Assembly (NCBI GenBank): GCA_963805625.1
Contig: CAWDVE010000010.1
Location: 1,120,001-1,184,000 of the forward strand
DNA length: 64,000 bases
Reading direction: 5' to 3'
Source: an uncultured Candidatus Rokubacteria bacterium
GTDB taxonomy: Bacteria > Methylomirabilota > Methylomirabilia > Rokubacteriales > DASRDR01
Part shown: positions 54,357-63,437 of the stretch, in pieces
Layout: each line of letters opens with the position of its first letter
How positions within the stretch are numbered: the stretch's first letter is position 1
Made by a program: the position numbers and the translations under genes
The notes under the pieces: model-generated
The model's input: only the letters and a program-made list of their open reading frames with translations
Databases searched by the model: none
What the model was told of the DNA's origin: nothing

Positions 54357-56246
54357 ATGATAGATACGAGCCGAGTCGACGCGGCGCTCCGGCGCTCGCA
54401 GGACCATCTCCTGCGGCTTCAGTCCCCGGCCGGGGACTGGGTCGGGGAGCTGGAGGCCGACTCCACCATCACGTCCGAGTACGTCCTCCTCCGCCATCTC
54501 CTCGGGACCGTGGATCGGGACCTCGAGCAAAAGGCGCTCGCGTACCTCAGGGACCGGCAGGGCACGGACGGCTCGTGGAACCTCTACCAGGCCGGGGCCG
54601 GCGACCTCTCGGCGACCATCAAGGCGTACTTCGCCATGAAGATGGCCCAGGTCTCCCCGGCCGATCCCGCGATGGCTCGCGCCCGGCAGTGGATCCTGGA
54701 GCGGGGCGGGCCGACCCAGGCCAACGTCTTCGCGAAGATCACCCTGGCCCTGTTCGGCCAGTACCCCTGGGGCGGCGTGCCGGCGATGCCGGTCGAGATC
54801 ATGCTGTTGCCCCGGTGGTCCTACTTCAACATCTGGGAGATCTCCTACTGGTCGAGGACGGTCCTCATCCCCCTCCTGATCGTCATGGACCGGCGGCCGG
54901 TGCACCCCGTTCCGCGCGGCTCTGGCATCGACGAGCTATGGGCGCATCACCTCCACCTCGACGACCCGGCGTATGCGCGCCGCGGGCTCGTGTCGTGGAA
55001 GAACATCTTCATCGGCGTCGACGGCTTCCTCAAGACGTGGGAGGCCTTCGGGCCTCGCCCCTGGCGGGCCCGGGCGATCCGTACCGCCCACGACTGGCTG
55101 GTCCCTCGGATGACCGTGCCGGGCGGCCTGGGTGGCATCTATCCCGCCATGGTGAACGGGATCCTGGCGATGCGACTCCTGGGCTATCCGGATGATCACA
55201 GACTGATCACGGGGCAGCTCAAGGAGATCGAGGCGCTCGGCGTCGAGGAGGCGCGTCGGTTTCACGTGCAGCCGTGCGTGTCGCCCGTCTGGGACACCGC
55301 GCTCGCGGTCAACGCCCTGCTGGCGTCGGGGCTGCCGAGTTCGCACCCGGCCCTCCTTCGCGCCGCGGACTGGCTCCTGGACCGCCAAGTGCTCGAGACG
55401 GGGGACTGGCAGGTCAAGCGCCCGGAGCTCCCGCCCGGTGGCTGGGCCTTCCAGTTCGACAACCCCTTCTACCCGGATCTCGACGACACCGCGGTGGTCG
55501 CCATGGGCCTGGCCCAGATCGACCACCCGGACGACGGCCGGCGGCGCCTTGCCATCGACCGCGCCGTGCGGTGGCTCCGGGGCATGCAGGGCAAGGACGG
55601 CGGCTGGGCGTCGTTCGACACGGATCAGACACGGCTGCTCTTCAACAACATCCCGTTCGCCGATCACGGGGCGCTCCTAGACCCGGCCACGGAAGATCTC
55701 ACCGCGCGCTGCATCGAGTGCTTCGGGCGGCTGGGCGTCCCGCGTGACGATCCGGCGATCCAGCGGGGCCTCGCGTTCCTCCGCCGAACCCAGACGCCCG
55801 AGGGCGCGTGGCACGGGCGATGGGGCGTGAACTACCTCTACGGGACGTGGTCGGTCCTCCGGGGACTCGAGGCGATAGGGCTCCGTACCGACGATCCCAT
55901 GGTCGGGCGTGCGATCCGATGGCTCGAGGCTCGCCAGAACTCGGATGGCGGCTGGGGCGAGACCTGTGATTCCTACGCCGACGCCCACCTCAAGGGACGC
56001 GGCGTATCGGGACCGAGCCAGACGGCGTGGGCCCTCCTCGGCCTGATGGCAGCGGGCCAGGCGGCCACCCCGATGGTCGAGCGCGGGATCGAGTTCCTCC
56101 TGCGGAGCCAGCGAGCCGATGGCGGCTGGGACGACCCGCTCTGGAACGGAACGGGTTTTCCTCGGGTCTTCTACCTGCAGTACCACCTCTATGCCCACTA
56201 CTTCCCCCTGTGGGCGCTCGGAGCGTGGCGCCGGCTCACGCGGTAG
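54357..56246 (+). CDS. shc: Squalene-hopene cyclase
   Basis: PDLDDTA (DxDD), SPVWDTA, QW repeats (QNSDGGWGE), NGTGFPRVFYL. Confidence 0.96.
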   Translation: MIDTSRVDAALRRSQDHLLRLQSPAGDWVGELEADSTITSEYVLLRHLLGTVDRDLEQKALAYLRDRQGTDGSWNLYQAGAGDLSATIKAYFAMKMAQVSPADPAMARARQWILERGGPTQANVFAKITLALFGQYPWGGVPAMPVEIMLLPRWSYFNIWEISYWSRTVLIPLLIVMDRRPVHPVPRGSGIDELWAHHLHLDDPAYARRGLVSWKNIFIGVDGFLKTWEAFGPRPWRARAIRTAHDWLVPRMTVPGGLGGIYPAMVNGILAMRLLGYPDDHRLITGQLKEIEALGVEEARRFHVQPCVSPVWDTALAVNALLASGLPSSHPALLRAADWLLDRQVLETGDWQVKRPELPPGGWAFQFDNPFYPDLDDTAVVAMGLAQIDHPDDGRRRLAIDRAVRWLRGMQGKDGGWASFDTDQTRLLFNNIPFADHGALLDPATEDLTARCIECFGRLGVPRDDPAIQRGLAFLRRTQTPEGAWHGRWGVNYLYGTWSVLRGLEAIGLRTDDPMVGRAIRWLEARQNSDGGWGETCDSYADAHLKGRGVSGPSQTAWALLGLMAAGQAATPMVERGIEFLLRSQRADGGWDDPLWNGTGFPRVFYLQYHLYAHYFPLWALGAWRRLTR

Positions 56247-56287
56247 AGCACGGCGAGAGCCAGCCACAGACCCCGTTCACCCCCCGA

Positions 56288-57073
56288 ATGCCCGGTTCCC
56301 TCGGCCTCGACTCCATCCAGGGTCTCGGGCGGTTCGGCCTCGATACCCTCTCGGCCCTCGGGCGCTTCGGCGTCTTCCTGGGCGAGGCGCTGCGCTGGGC
56401 CGTGGTCCCGCCGTTCAAGGCCCGCCAGGCGCTCCAGCGGGTCTGGTTCGTGGGCTTCCGCTCGATGTCCGTGATCCTCCTGACCGGGGCGTTCACCGGA
56501 ATGGTCCTCGGGCTCCAGGGCATGCTGATGCTGCAGCGGGTCGGCTCGGAGGCCTTCGTGGGCCCGCTGGTGGCGATCGCGCTCGTGCGTGAGCTCGGCC
56601 CGGTGCTCGCCGCGCTGATGGTGACCGGCCGCGCGGGATCGGCCCTCGCCGCCGAGATCGGCGTCATGCGCATCACCGAGCAGATCGACGCCCTGACCGT
56701 GATGGCGCTTAACCCGATGCGATACTTGGTCGTGCCGACGCTGGTGGCGGGGCTCGTCGCCCTTCCCCTCCTCGCCTGGGTATTCGACGTCGTCGGCATC
56801 TACGGCGGTTATCTCGTGACGGTGAAGCTCTTCGGGATGTCCTCCGGAACCTACTTTGGGCAGATCCGGGCCTTCCTCGACACCGAGGACATCTGGGTCG
56901 GCTTCTGGAAGGCGCTCGTGTTCGGGCTCGTCATCACGTGGGTCGCCTGCTACAAGGGCTTCAACGTCGGCCACGGCGCCGAGGGCGTGGGGCGCGCCAC
57001 GACCGAGGCGGTCGTGCTCGCGTCGGTCCTCATCCTCGTGCTCGACTACCTCCTGGGCTCGGTGATGCCGTGA
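56288..57073 (+). CDS. mlaE: MlaE family lipid ABC permease
   Basis: RELGPVLAALMVTGRAGS, EQIDAL, GAEGVGRATT. Confidence 0.93.
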   Translation: MPGSLGLDSIQGLGRFGLDTLSALGRFGVFLGEALRWAVVPPFKARQALQRVWFVGFRSMSVILLTGAFTGMVLGLQGMLMLQRVGSEAFVGPLVAIALVRELGPVLAALMVTGRAGSALAAEIGVMRITEQIDALTVMALNPMRYLVVPTLVAGLVALPLLAWVFDVVGIYGGYLVTVKLFGMSSGTYFGQIRAFLDTEDIWVGFWKALVFGLVITWVACYKGFNVGHGAEGVGRATTEAVVLASVLILVLDYLLGSVMP

Positions 57074-57831
57074 CGGGTGCGCCAGCCCCCGCGATCCGGG
57101 TCGAGGCGCTCCGCAAGCGCTTCGGAAGCCAGGAGGTTCTCTGCGGGATCGACCTCGAGATCGCGCCGGCCGAGCTGATGGTCGTCATCGGGCGGTCCGG
57201 GGGCGGCAAGTCCGTGCTCCTCCGGCACCTCCTCGGACTGGTCCGGCCGGATGCCGGGCGCGTGATCATCGACGGCCAGGACGTGGCCAGCCTCCGCGGG
57301 CAGGCCCTCGACCGGATCCGGGAGCGCTTCGGGGTCGTGTTCCAGGGCGGCGCCCTCTTCGACTCGCTCACCGTGCTCGAGAACATCCTGTTCCCGATCC
57401 GGGAGCGCCGCCGGCTCCCCGAGGCCGATCTCCTGCCACGGGCCCAGGAAGCCCTGGCCCAGGTCGGCCTCGGGGAGATGGGCCACAAGTACCCGGCCGA
57501 GATCTCCGGAGGCATGCGGAAGCGCGTCGCCATCGCGCGGGCGCTGGTCACCGAGCCCCAGGTGGTGTTCTTCGACGAGCCGACGACCGGGCTCGACCCC
57601 ATCCTCGTCAACTCGATCCACCACCTGGTCGTCGGGCTTCATCGAAAGTTTGGCTTCACGGCCGTCATGGTCAGTCACGAGATCCCGGAGATCTTCCAGA
57701 TCGCCCACCGTGTCGCGGTGCTCCACGAAGGGCGGATCCACACGGTTGGCACGCCGGAGGAGATCCAGGGCTCCAGCGACCCTGTGGTGCGTCGGTTCAT
57801 CCACGGCGAGGTCGAGGAGCAAGCCGTCTAG
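57070..57831 (+). CDS. mlaF: MlaF family ABC ATPase
   Basis: GRSGGGKS, FQGGALFDSL, SGGMRKR, DEPTTGLDP. Confidence 0.93.
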   Translation: MTGAPAPAIRVEALRKRFGSQEVLCGIDLEIAPAELMVVIGRSGGGKSVLLRHLLGLVRPDAGRVIIDGQDVASLRGQALDRIRERFGVVFQGGALFDSLTVLENILFPIRERRRLPEADLLPRAQEALAQVGLGEMGHKYPAEISGGMRKRVAIARALVTEPQVVFFDEPTTGLDPILVNSIHHLVVGLHRKFGFTAVMVSHEIPEIFQIAHRVAVLHEGRIHTVGTPEEIQGSSDPVVRRFIHGEVEEQAV

Positions 57832-57883
57832 CTGCCATCCAGCTGGTCAAAGCGGAAGCGCGAGAAAGGGCACGGAGGCGGTC

Positions 57884-58321
57884 ATGGGGCGACGAGTGGA
57901 GCTCGGAGTCGGGCTGTTCATGGTCGCGGGAATCCTCGCGCTGGCGTACCTGTCCATGAACCTGGGCAGGGTCGACGTCCTGGGGCGTCAGGGCTACGTC
58001 GTCTACGCGGACTTCCCTACCGTGGGCGGGCTCAAGTCCGGAGCGGCCGTGGAGATCGCCGGCGTCTCGGTCGGCCGGGTGCAGTCGATCGGGCTCAAGG
58101 AGTACCAGGCACGGGTCGCCCTCCGGATCGACGAGGCCGTGAAGCTCCAGACCGACGCGATCGTCTCGATCAAGACGAAGGGTCTCATCGGCGAGAAGTT
58201 CATCCAGATCAGCCCGGGAGGCTCAGAGAAGCTCGTGCCGGCCGGCGGGCGCCTCACCGAGGTCGAAGCGCCGATCGACATCGAGGAGTTGATCTCGAAG
58301 TATGTATTCGGCAAGGTGTAG
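57884..58321 (+). CDS. mlaD: MCE-domain protein MlaD
   Basis: VELGVGLF, GLKSGAAVEIAGV.VG.V, TKGLIGEKFI. Confidence 0.93.
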   Translation: MGRRVELGVGLFMVAGILALAYLSMNLGRVDVLGRQGYVVYADFPTVGGLKSGAAVEIAGVSVGRVQSIGLKEYQARVALRIDEAVKLQTDAIVSIKTKGLIGEKFIQISPGGSEKLVPAGGRLTEVEAPIDIEELISKYVFGKV

Positions 58322-58325
58322 GCTC

Positions 58326-59783
58326 ATGCGCTGGCACCGTCCCCCCAGTTCCGGCGCCCTGGCAGCGAGGTCCGGCACAGGCGTCCCCGTCCGGGTGCTG
58401 CCCGTGGCTCTGGTCTTGATGCTGGGCGCGACATTCACCCCCGGGTGGGCCGGGGCTCAGGGCACCACGCCCGTGCCGGGACCGCCGGCCGTCCGGCTGA
58501 CGCTGGACGCGAGCCTCCGGGCAGCGCTCGGGCGGAGCCCCGAGACCCGGCAGGCCATCGCAGAGCTCGAGGGCTTTCGAGGCAAGCAGCTCCAGGCCGT
58601 CGGGATCGGCCGCCCGCAGATCGAGATCCAGACCGTAGTCGGCCCGTCGCCCCGGGCCCGCGGGAACCAGGTCTCCTCCCCTGACGACCAGTACTCCCCG
58701 GACATCACGGGCGCGTTCGTGCGGGGCACGGTCAGCATCATCCAGCCCATCTTCACGTGGGGTCTCGTCGAGAACGCGCGCATGGCCGCCGACCACGGCG
58801 TCCGAGCGGCACAGGCTGGCGTCGATGTCAAGAGCACCGAGGTCGCGCTCCGCGTGAAGCAGGCGTACTGGGGGGCCGTGACGGCCAAGACGATCCGCGC
58901 GTTCCTGGTCGAGGTACGCGATCAGGTCGACCAGGCGATCGCGCGGACCGAGCGGCTGGTGGAGGGCGGATACGCGACCGACATCGACCTCTACCGGTTT
59001 CGCTCCAAGCGCGGTGAGCTCGAGCGTTTCATCAACCTCGCGGACAAGACGATAGACCTCGCCACCCAGGCCCTGGGAACGTGGACGGGCCAGCCCAAGG
59101 GGGTGGCCGTCGACCCGACGGATGAGGCCCTGCCGACGGACATGAAGCCCATCCCGGCGCTGGACCTGTACGTTCAGAACGCGCTCGTCGGGCGCCCCGA
59201 GTTCTCCCAGCTCCGGGAAGGCATCGAGGCGCGCCGGAGACTGGTCGAGGTCGAGCGCAAGCAGGGCTATCCGCTCTTCTTCATCGGCCTCCTGGGTGAT
59301 CTCGCGTACGCGACCAACCGTGACCGGCTCGAGAACCCCTACGTCATCGACCCCCTCTACCACACCGCGGTGGGGCCGGTCATCGGCTTCAAGTACAACC
59401 TCGACTTCGGGATCCGCGCCGGCAAGGTCAAGGAAGCCGAGGCGGAGGTCCAGAAGCTCGAGGCCTTGCGGGACCACGCCCTCGACGGAATCCCGCTCCA
59501 GGTTCGCGACGCGTACACCACGGTGGTGGAAGCCGAGCGGAACGCCAGGGTCCTGTCGGAGGCGCACGACAACGCCAAGCAGTGGCTCGTCGCGAGCTCT
59601 TCGAATGCGGACCTGGGAGTCGGGGATCCGGACGACCTGGCCGACGCCTTCGTGCAGTATGCCCGGACTCGAGCCGACTACCTCCAGGCGCTCTACGCCT
59701 ATGTCTTCGGCCTCGAGCAGCTCGCCCACGCCGCGGGCCAGGACGTCGCCGACGTGCAGCGGCTGGCTCCGTCAAAGCCGTGA
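58326..59783 (+). CDS. TolC family outer membrane efflux protein
   Basis: Signal region, LTLDASLRAAL..SPE, QPIFTWG, VKQAYW, RPE, long helices. Start uncertain. Confidence 0.85.
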   Translation: MRWHRPPSSGALAARSGTGVPVRVLPVALVLMLGATFTPGWAGAQGTTPVPGPPAVRLTLDASLRAALGRSPETRQAIAELEGFRGKQLQAVGIGRPQIEIQTVVGPSPRARGNQVSSPDDQYSPDITGAFVRGTVSIIQPIFTWGLVENARMAADHGVRAAQAGVDVKSTEVALRVKQAYWGAVTAKTIRAFLVEVRDQVDQAIARTERLVEGGYATDIDLYRFRSKRGELERFINLADKTIDLATQALGTWTGQPKGVAVDPTDEALPTDMKPIPALDLYVQNALVGRPEFSQLREGIEARRRLVEVERKQGYPLFFIGLLGDLAYATNRDRLENPYVIDPLYHTAVGPVIGFKYNLDFGIRAGKVKEAEAEVQKLEALRDHALDGIPLQVRDAYTTVVEAERNARVLSEAHDNAKQWLVASSSNADLGVGDPDDLADAFVQYARTRADYLQALYAYVFGLEQLAHAAGQDVADVQRLAPSKP

Positions 59784-59809
59784 GAGACTCCATCCGGAGG
59801 ACTGAACGC

Positions 59810-60445
59810 ATGCGACGGCTCGCCGTCTCGCTGTTCATCGTGGTGCTGGCCCTGCTGGCCGGGCGCGCCGCCCAGGCTGGACCGCCGACCGACCAGCTCA
59901 AGGGGGGCATCGACCGGGTGTTGGCCATCCTCCAGGACCCCGCCCTCAAGCAGCCCGGCAAGGCCGAGGAGCGTCGTCAGAAGATCCGCGCCATCGCCAA
60001 CGAAGTCTTCGACTGGACCGAGACGGGCAAGCGTGCGCTCGCCCGACACTGGCAGGGCCGGTCGCCGCAGGAGCGCGAGGAGTTCTCGAAGCTCTTCGCC
60101 GATCTTCTCGAGCGCTCGTACGTGGGCAAGATCGAGGCCTACTCCGGCGAGAAGATCCTTTACGGCGACGAGACGCTCGACGGGGACCAGGCCACGGTCC
60201 GGACGAAGCTCCTGACCAAGAACGGGAACCAGATTCCGATCGACTATCAGATGCACAAGGTGGACGAGCGCTGGCGCATCTACGACGTGAAGATCGAGAA
60301 CGTGGGCTTGGTCTCCAACTACCGCTCCCAGTTCAACCGCATCATCCAGCAGTCCAGCTATCCGGATCTCGTCCAGCGGCTCAAGACGAAGCAGGAAGAG
60401 CTTCAGTTCGACGAGGACGCCGCGGCGAAGGGCAAGAAGCCGTGA
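59810..60445 (+). CDS. MlaC/HpnM (Ttg2D) periplasmic lipid shuttle
   Basis: FDW...RALARHW, F..LLERSY, WRIYDV.IENV.LV.NYRSQF. Confidence 0.9.
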   Translation: MRRLAVSLFIVVLALLAGRAAQAGPPTDQLKGGIDRVLAILQDPALKQPGKAEERRQKIRAIANEVFDWTETGKRALARHWQGRSPQEREEFSKLFADLLERSYVGKIEAYSGEKILYGDETLDGDQATVRTKLLTKNGNQIPIDYQMHKVDERWRIYDVKIENVGLVSNYRSQFNRIIQQSSYPDLVQRLKTKQEELQFDEDAAAKGKKP

Positions 60446-61194
60446 CGGGCCTCGTCCTGGCCGCGGGCCTCGGCAAGCGCCTGGCTCCCCTCACCGAGGA
60501 GCGGCCGAAGGGCCTGATCGAGCTCGGAGGGCGGAGCCTCCTGGCGCGCCTCCTCGACGGCCTCCAGGTCGCGGGGGTACACGAGACCGTCCTCGTCGTC
60601 GGCTACCGCCAGGCGATGATCCGGGCCGCCCTCGGCACCTCCCACCGGGGCATGCCGCTCCGCTACGTCGTCAACCGCGATTTCGAGAAGGGCCCGCGGC
60701 TGTCGCTCTGGGCGGGCCGCGCGGAGTTCGAGCGGGACGACGTGGTCCTGGCCGACGGCGACGTGCTCTTCGCGCCGCCCCTGCTCGAGCGCGTCGTCCG
60801 CGCCGCCGAGCCGAACGTGTTCCTGGGCGAGCCCGAGTTCATGGACACCGGCGAGGAGATCAACCTCTACCAAGCCGGCGAGCGGGTCGTGGCGATCCGC
60901 CGGGGTGTGAGCGGGCCGCCGGCCGTCCCCTACGACGCCAGGGCCGAGTGGGTCGGCTTCGTGAAAGTGTGTCGTGTCGCGGGGTCCGCCCTCGCAGCCG
61001 GACTCGACGCCATGGTCCGGGGGGGCCGTGTCGACGGCGACTACGAGGTGGCCCTCGACGGCCTCCTGGCCGGGTACCCGTTCGCGATGTGCCCGACGGC
61101 TGGCCTCCCCTGGATCGAGATCGACTTCCCGCAGGACCTCCACGCAGCGGAGGTCGAGGTGCTGCCCCGGATCGCCCGGCTGGCCACGGAGTGA
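60442..61194 (+). CDS. NTP transferase (phosphocholine cytidylyltransferase / LicC-like)
   Basis: LAAGLGKRL, PKGL, DGDVLF, WIEIDFPQDL. Confidence 0.85.
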   Translation: MTGLVLAAGLGKRLAPLTEERPKGLIELGGRSLLARLLDGLQVAGVHETVLVVGYRQAMIRAALGTSHRGMPLRYVVNRDFEKGPRLSLWAGRAEFERDDVVLADGDVLFAPPLLERVVRAAEPNVFLGEPEFMDTGEEINLYQAGERVVAIRRGVSGPPAVPYDARAEWVGFVKVCRVAGSALAAGLDAMVRGGRVDGDYEVALDGLLAGYPFAMCPTAGLPWIEIDFPQDLHAAEVEVLPRIARLATE

Positions 61195-61211
61195 GATGCC
61201 GAGAATCTCGG

Positions 61212-61697
61212 TCAGGGCGCCGCGCGCACGAGGTCTCTGGCCAGGTCGTCGGCTAGACGCCCGATCCGTCGAAGGCCCTCGTCGTCGAAGCTCCGACCGG
61301 GTCCGTCCAGGAAGCCCAGCGCGCCGCGGATCGCGCCGTCAAGGCGGACTGGCACTGCCGCCACCGTCCTGAGCCCCTCCTCCTCGAGGCGCTCGCGGAG
61401 CCACGGCGCGACGGGAACGCGAGGATCGGCGAGCAGGTCCGGCGTCCACACCGGCCGACCTTCCCTCACCGCGCGCCCCGCCATCCCGACGCCGGCGGCC
61501 AGCGTCTGCCCGACCCACCCGCCCGCCCCGCCAGCACCCGCCGTGGTGACGCAGGAGAGCTGACCCAGGGCGTCGTCGAGCCAAAAGAGCGCGGTCCGCT
61601 TCACGCCGAGCTGCGCGCGCGCCGCTGCGAGGGCGCCCTGGGCCGCCGCGGACACCGGACCGGACCCGAACGCCGACGCGGGCAGCGAGTCCATCAC
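61212..61697 (-). CDS. Stand-alone GAF domain protein
   Basis: G.GMAGRAVREGRPVW..D...DPR, AAVPV...G.IRGAL. Confidence 0.8.
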   Translation of the reverse strand: MMDSLPASAFGSGPVSAAAQGALAAARAQLGVKRTALFWLDDALGQLSCVTTAGAGGAGGWVGQTLAAGVGMAGRAVREGRPVWTPDLLADPRVPVAPWLRERLEEEGLRTVAAVPVRLDGAIRGALGFLDGPGRSFDDEGLRRIGRLADDLARDLVRAAP

Positions 61698-61701
61698 CCG
61701 C

Positions 61702-62091
61702 TCACTCGACGGCGATCGCGTCGATCTCGACCAGCATGTCCGGATGGATCATCGTGCCGCACTCGACCCAGGTGCAGGCCGGCCGGACATCGCCGAACGC
61801 CTCGCGGTGCGCGCGAGCCACGGCCTCCCACTGGGCCATGTCGGCGAGGTAGACCCCCGTCTTGACGACGTGACCGAGACCGAGCCCGAGCTGCGCGAGC
61901 GCCTCCGACATCGTGCGGATCGCCTGGACGGTCTGGGCGTACGCGTCTCCCCGGCCTACCACCGCGCCGCCCTGCCCCGCCGCCGTGCAGCCCGACACCC
62001 AGGCCATGTCGCCGACCCGGACGGCCCGCGAGTAGCCGACGAGCGGCTCCCAGCGTCCACCGGACGAGACCCGCTCACGCGGGCGCATCAC
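61702..62091 (-). CDS. RidA/YjgF family protein
   Basis: WEPLVGYSRAVRVG, RPACT, LVEIDAIA. Confidence 0.9.
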   Translation of the reverse strand: MMRPRERVSSGGRWEPLVGYSRAVRVGDMAWVSGCTAAGQGGAVVGRGDAYAQTVQAIRTMSEALAQLGLGLGHVVKTGVYLADMAQWEAVARAHREAFGDVRPACTWVECGTMIHPDMLVEIDAIAVE

Positions 62092-63116
62092 GGCCCGCCG
62101 TTGCGGGCGCCCCGCTGGAAGTGCGGCATCACGCGATCGGCGAAGAGCCGCATCGAGCGCATGATCTGCTCGTGGCTCAGGTACCCGGCGAACTGGGTGA
62201 CGTTCAGGAAGTCCGTCACCTCGAAGTAGTCGATCAGCTCGCGGAGCCGCTTGACCGCGTCCTCCGGCCTCCCCGAGAGCCGCGCCAGCGTCGGGATCCG
62301 ATCATAGAGGGTGTGCTGGTGCTTCTCGGCGTCGGCCGTGATGCTGTCGAGGAAGCCGAAGTACCTCTCCATGCCGCGCTCGAACGTCTCGTTGGCCTCG
62401 GCCGCGCTCTCGGCAAGATAGCAGAACATGGTCAAGGCGACACGCATCCGGGCGGGGTCGTGGCCGTGCTCTCGGTACACGCGCCGGTAGGTGTCGATCT
62501 GGGCCCGGAGCACTTCCGGCTTCTGGTTCGCGGGGAAGGTCAGGATGGGCCACCCCAGTGCCCCGTACCGGGCGAAGGACGCCTCGCTGATCGAGGCCCC
62601 CCAGCAGGGAATCGGATTCTGGACCGGTTTCGGGTAGATGCTGGCGTGGCGCCCCCGGAACAGTGGGGTCGCGTAGTCCAGGTCGTGGAGCTGGGCGAGG
62701 GCCTGACGGACCACGCTGAGCGACTGGTCGAAGCGGTCCTGGCTCTCCTCGAGCCTGACCCCGAAGCCCATGAACTCGTGGGGCTGGTAGCCTCGCCCGA
62801 GTCCGAGCTCGAGCCGCCCGCCGCTCAGGCAATCCACCATCGCCGCCTGTTCCACGACCCGGATCGGGTGGTGCTGAAACGGAAGGACGACCACGCCGCT
62901 GCCGAGGCGGATTCTCCGCGTCTCGCGGGCGGCCGCCGCGGCCATGAGCAGGCAATCCGGCACCAGTGCGTACCCGGCGAAGTGATGCTCGGCGAACCAG
63001 CACGCCCAGTAACCCAGCTGGTCCATGAGGCGCACCTCGGCCAGCTGCTGCTCGTACCGCTCCTGACTCGACTGGCCCTCTCGCCGGTCGCAGAGGACGA
63101 GTTGTGAAAAGCGCAT
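62088..63116 (-). CDS. LLM class flavin-dependent oxidoreductase
   Basis: WFAEHHF, RIRLGSGV, SGGRLELGLGRGY, SMRLFADRVMP. Confidence 0.9.
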   Translation of the reverse strand: MRFSQLVLCDRREGQSSQERYEQQLAEVRLMDQLGYWACWFAEHHFAGYALVPDCLLMAAAAARETRRIRLGSGVVVLPFQHHPIRVVEQAAMVDCLSGGRLELGLGRGYQPHEFMGFGVRLEESQDRFDQSLSVVRQALAQLHDLDYATPLFRGRHASIYPKPVQNPIPCWGASISEASFARYGALGWPILTFPANQKPEVLRAQIDTYRRVYREHGHDPARMRVALTMFCYLAESAAEANETFERGMERYFGFLDSITADAEKHQHTLYDRIPTLARLSGRPEDAVKRLRELIDYFEVTDFLNVTQFAGYLSHEQIMRSMRLFADRVMPHFQRGARNGGP

Positions 63117-63228
63117 CGTCCGGCTTCCTCCACATCGCGACGGCCCGTCTGGCACTTGTTGGCGGCCGGATGGCCGGCGAGAGCCGTCCCCCGCGTGCCG
63201 ATCGTGACCGCAGGTCGCGACGGCCGTG

Positions 63229-63381
63229 ACTGTAGCGACGGCCGTTCGCCGCTGTCAAGCGACCGGCACGCCGCCGCGCCGTCTCTCATGCCGCATGCCG
63301 CACGTCAGCCGTGTGCCGGTCGTGTACCGGCCATGTGCCGCCACATGGCGGATTGACGGACCGGACGCGCCGGGCTAGCGT
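63229..63381. promoter_or_regulatory. Back-to-back sigma70 promoters for the two LLM genes
   Basis: Minus strand: TTGACA (63258-53), 18 bp, TACAGT (63234-29). Plus strand: TTGACG (63353-58), 17 bp, TAGCGT (63376-81). Confidence 0.6.
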
Positions 63382-63437
63382 TCCTGGGTGACGAACGAGC
63401 AAGCCCGCGACGACGCGAAGACCCGGAAGGCTCGGCC

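Noticed and set aside
63150-63165. Sigma54 promoter (TGGCAC...)
   Set aside because: The -12 TTGC element is absent at the required spacing.
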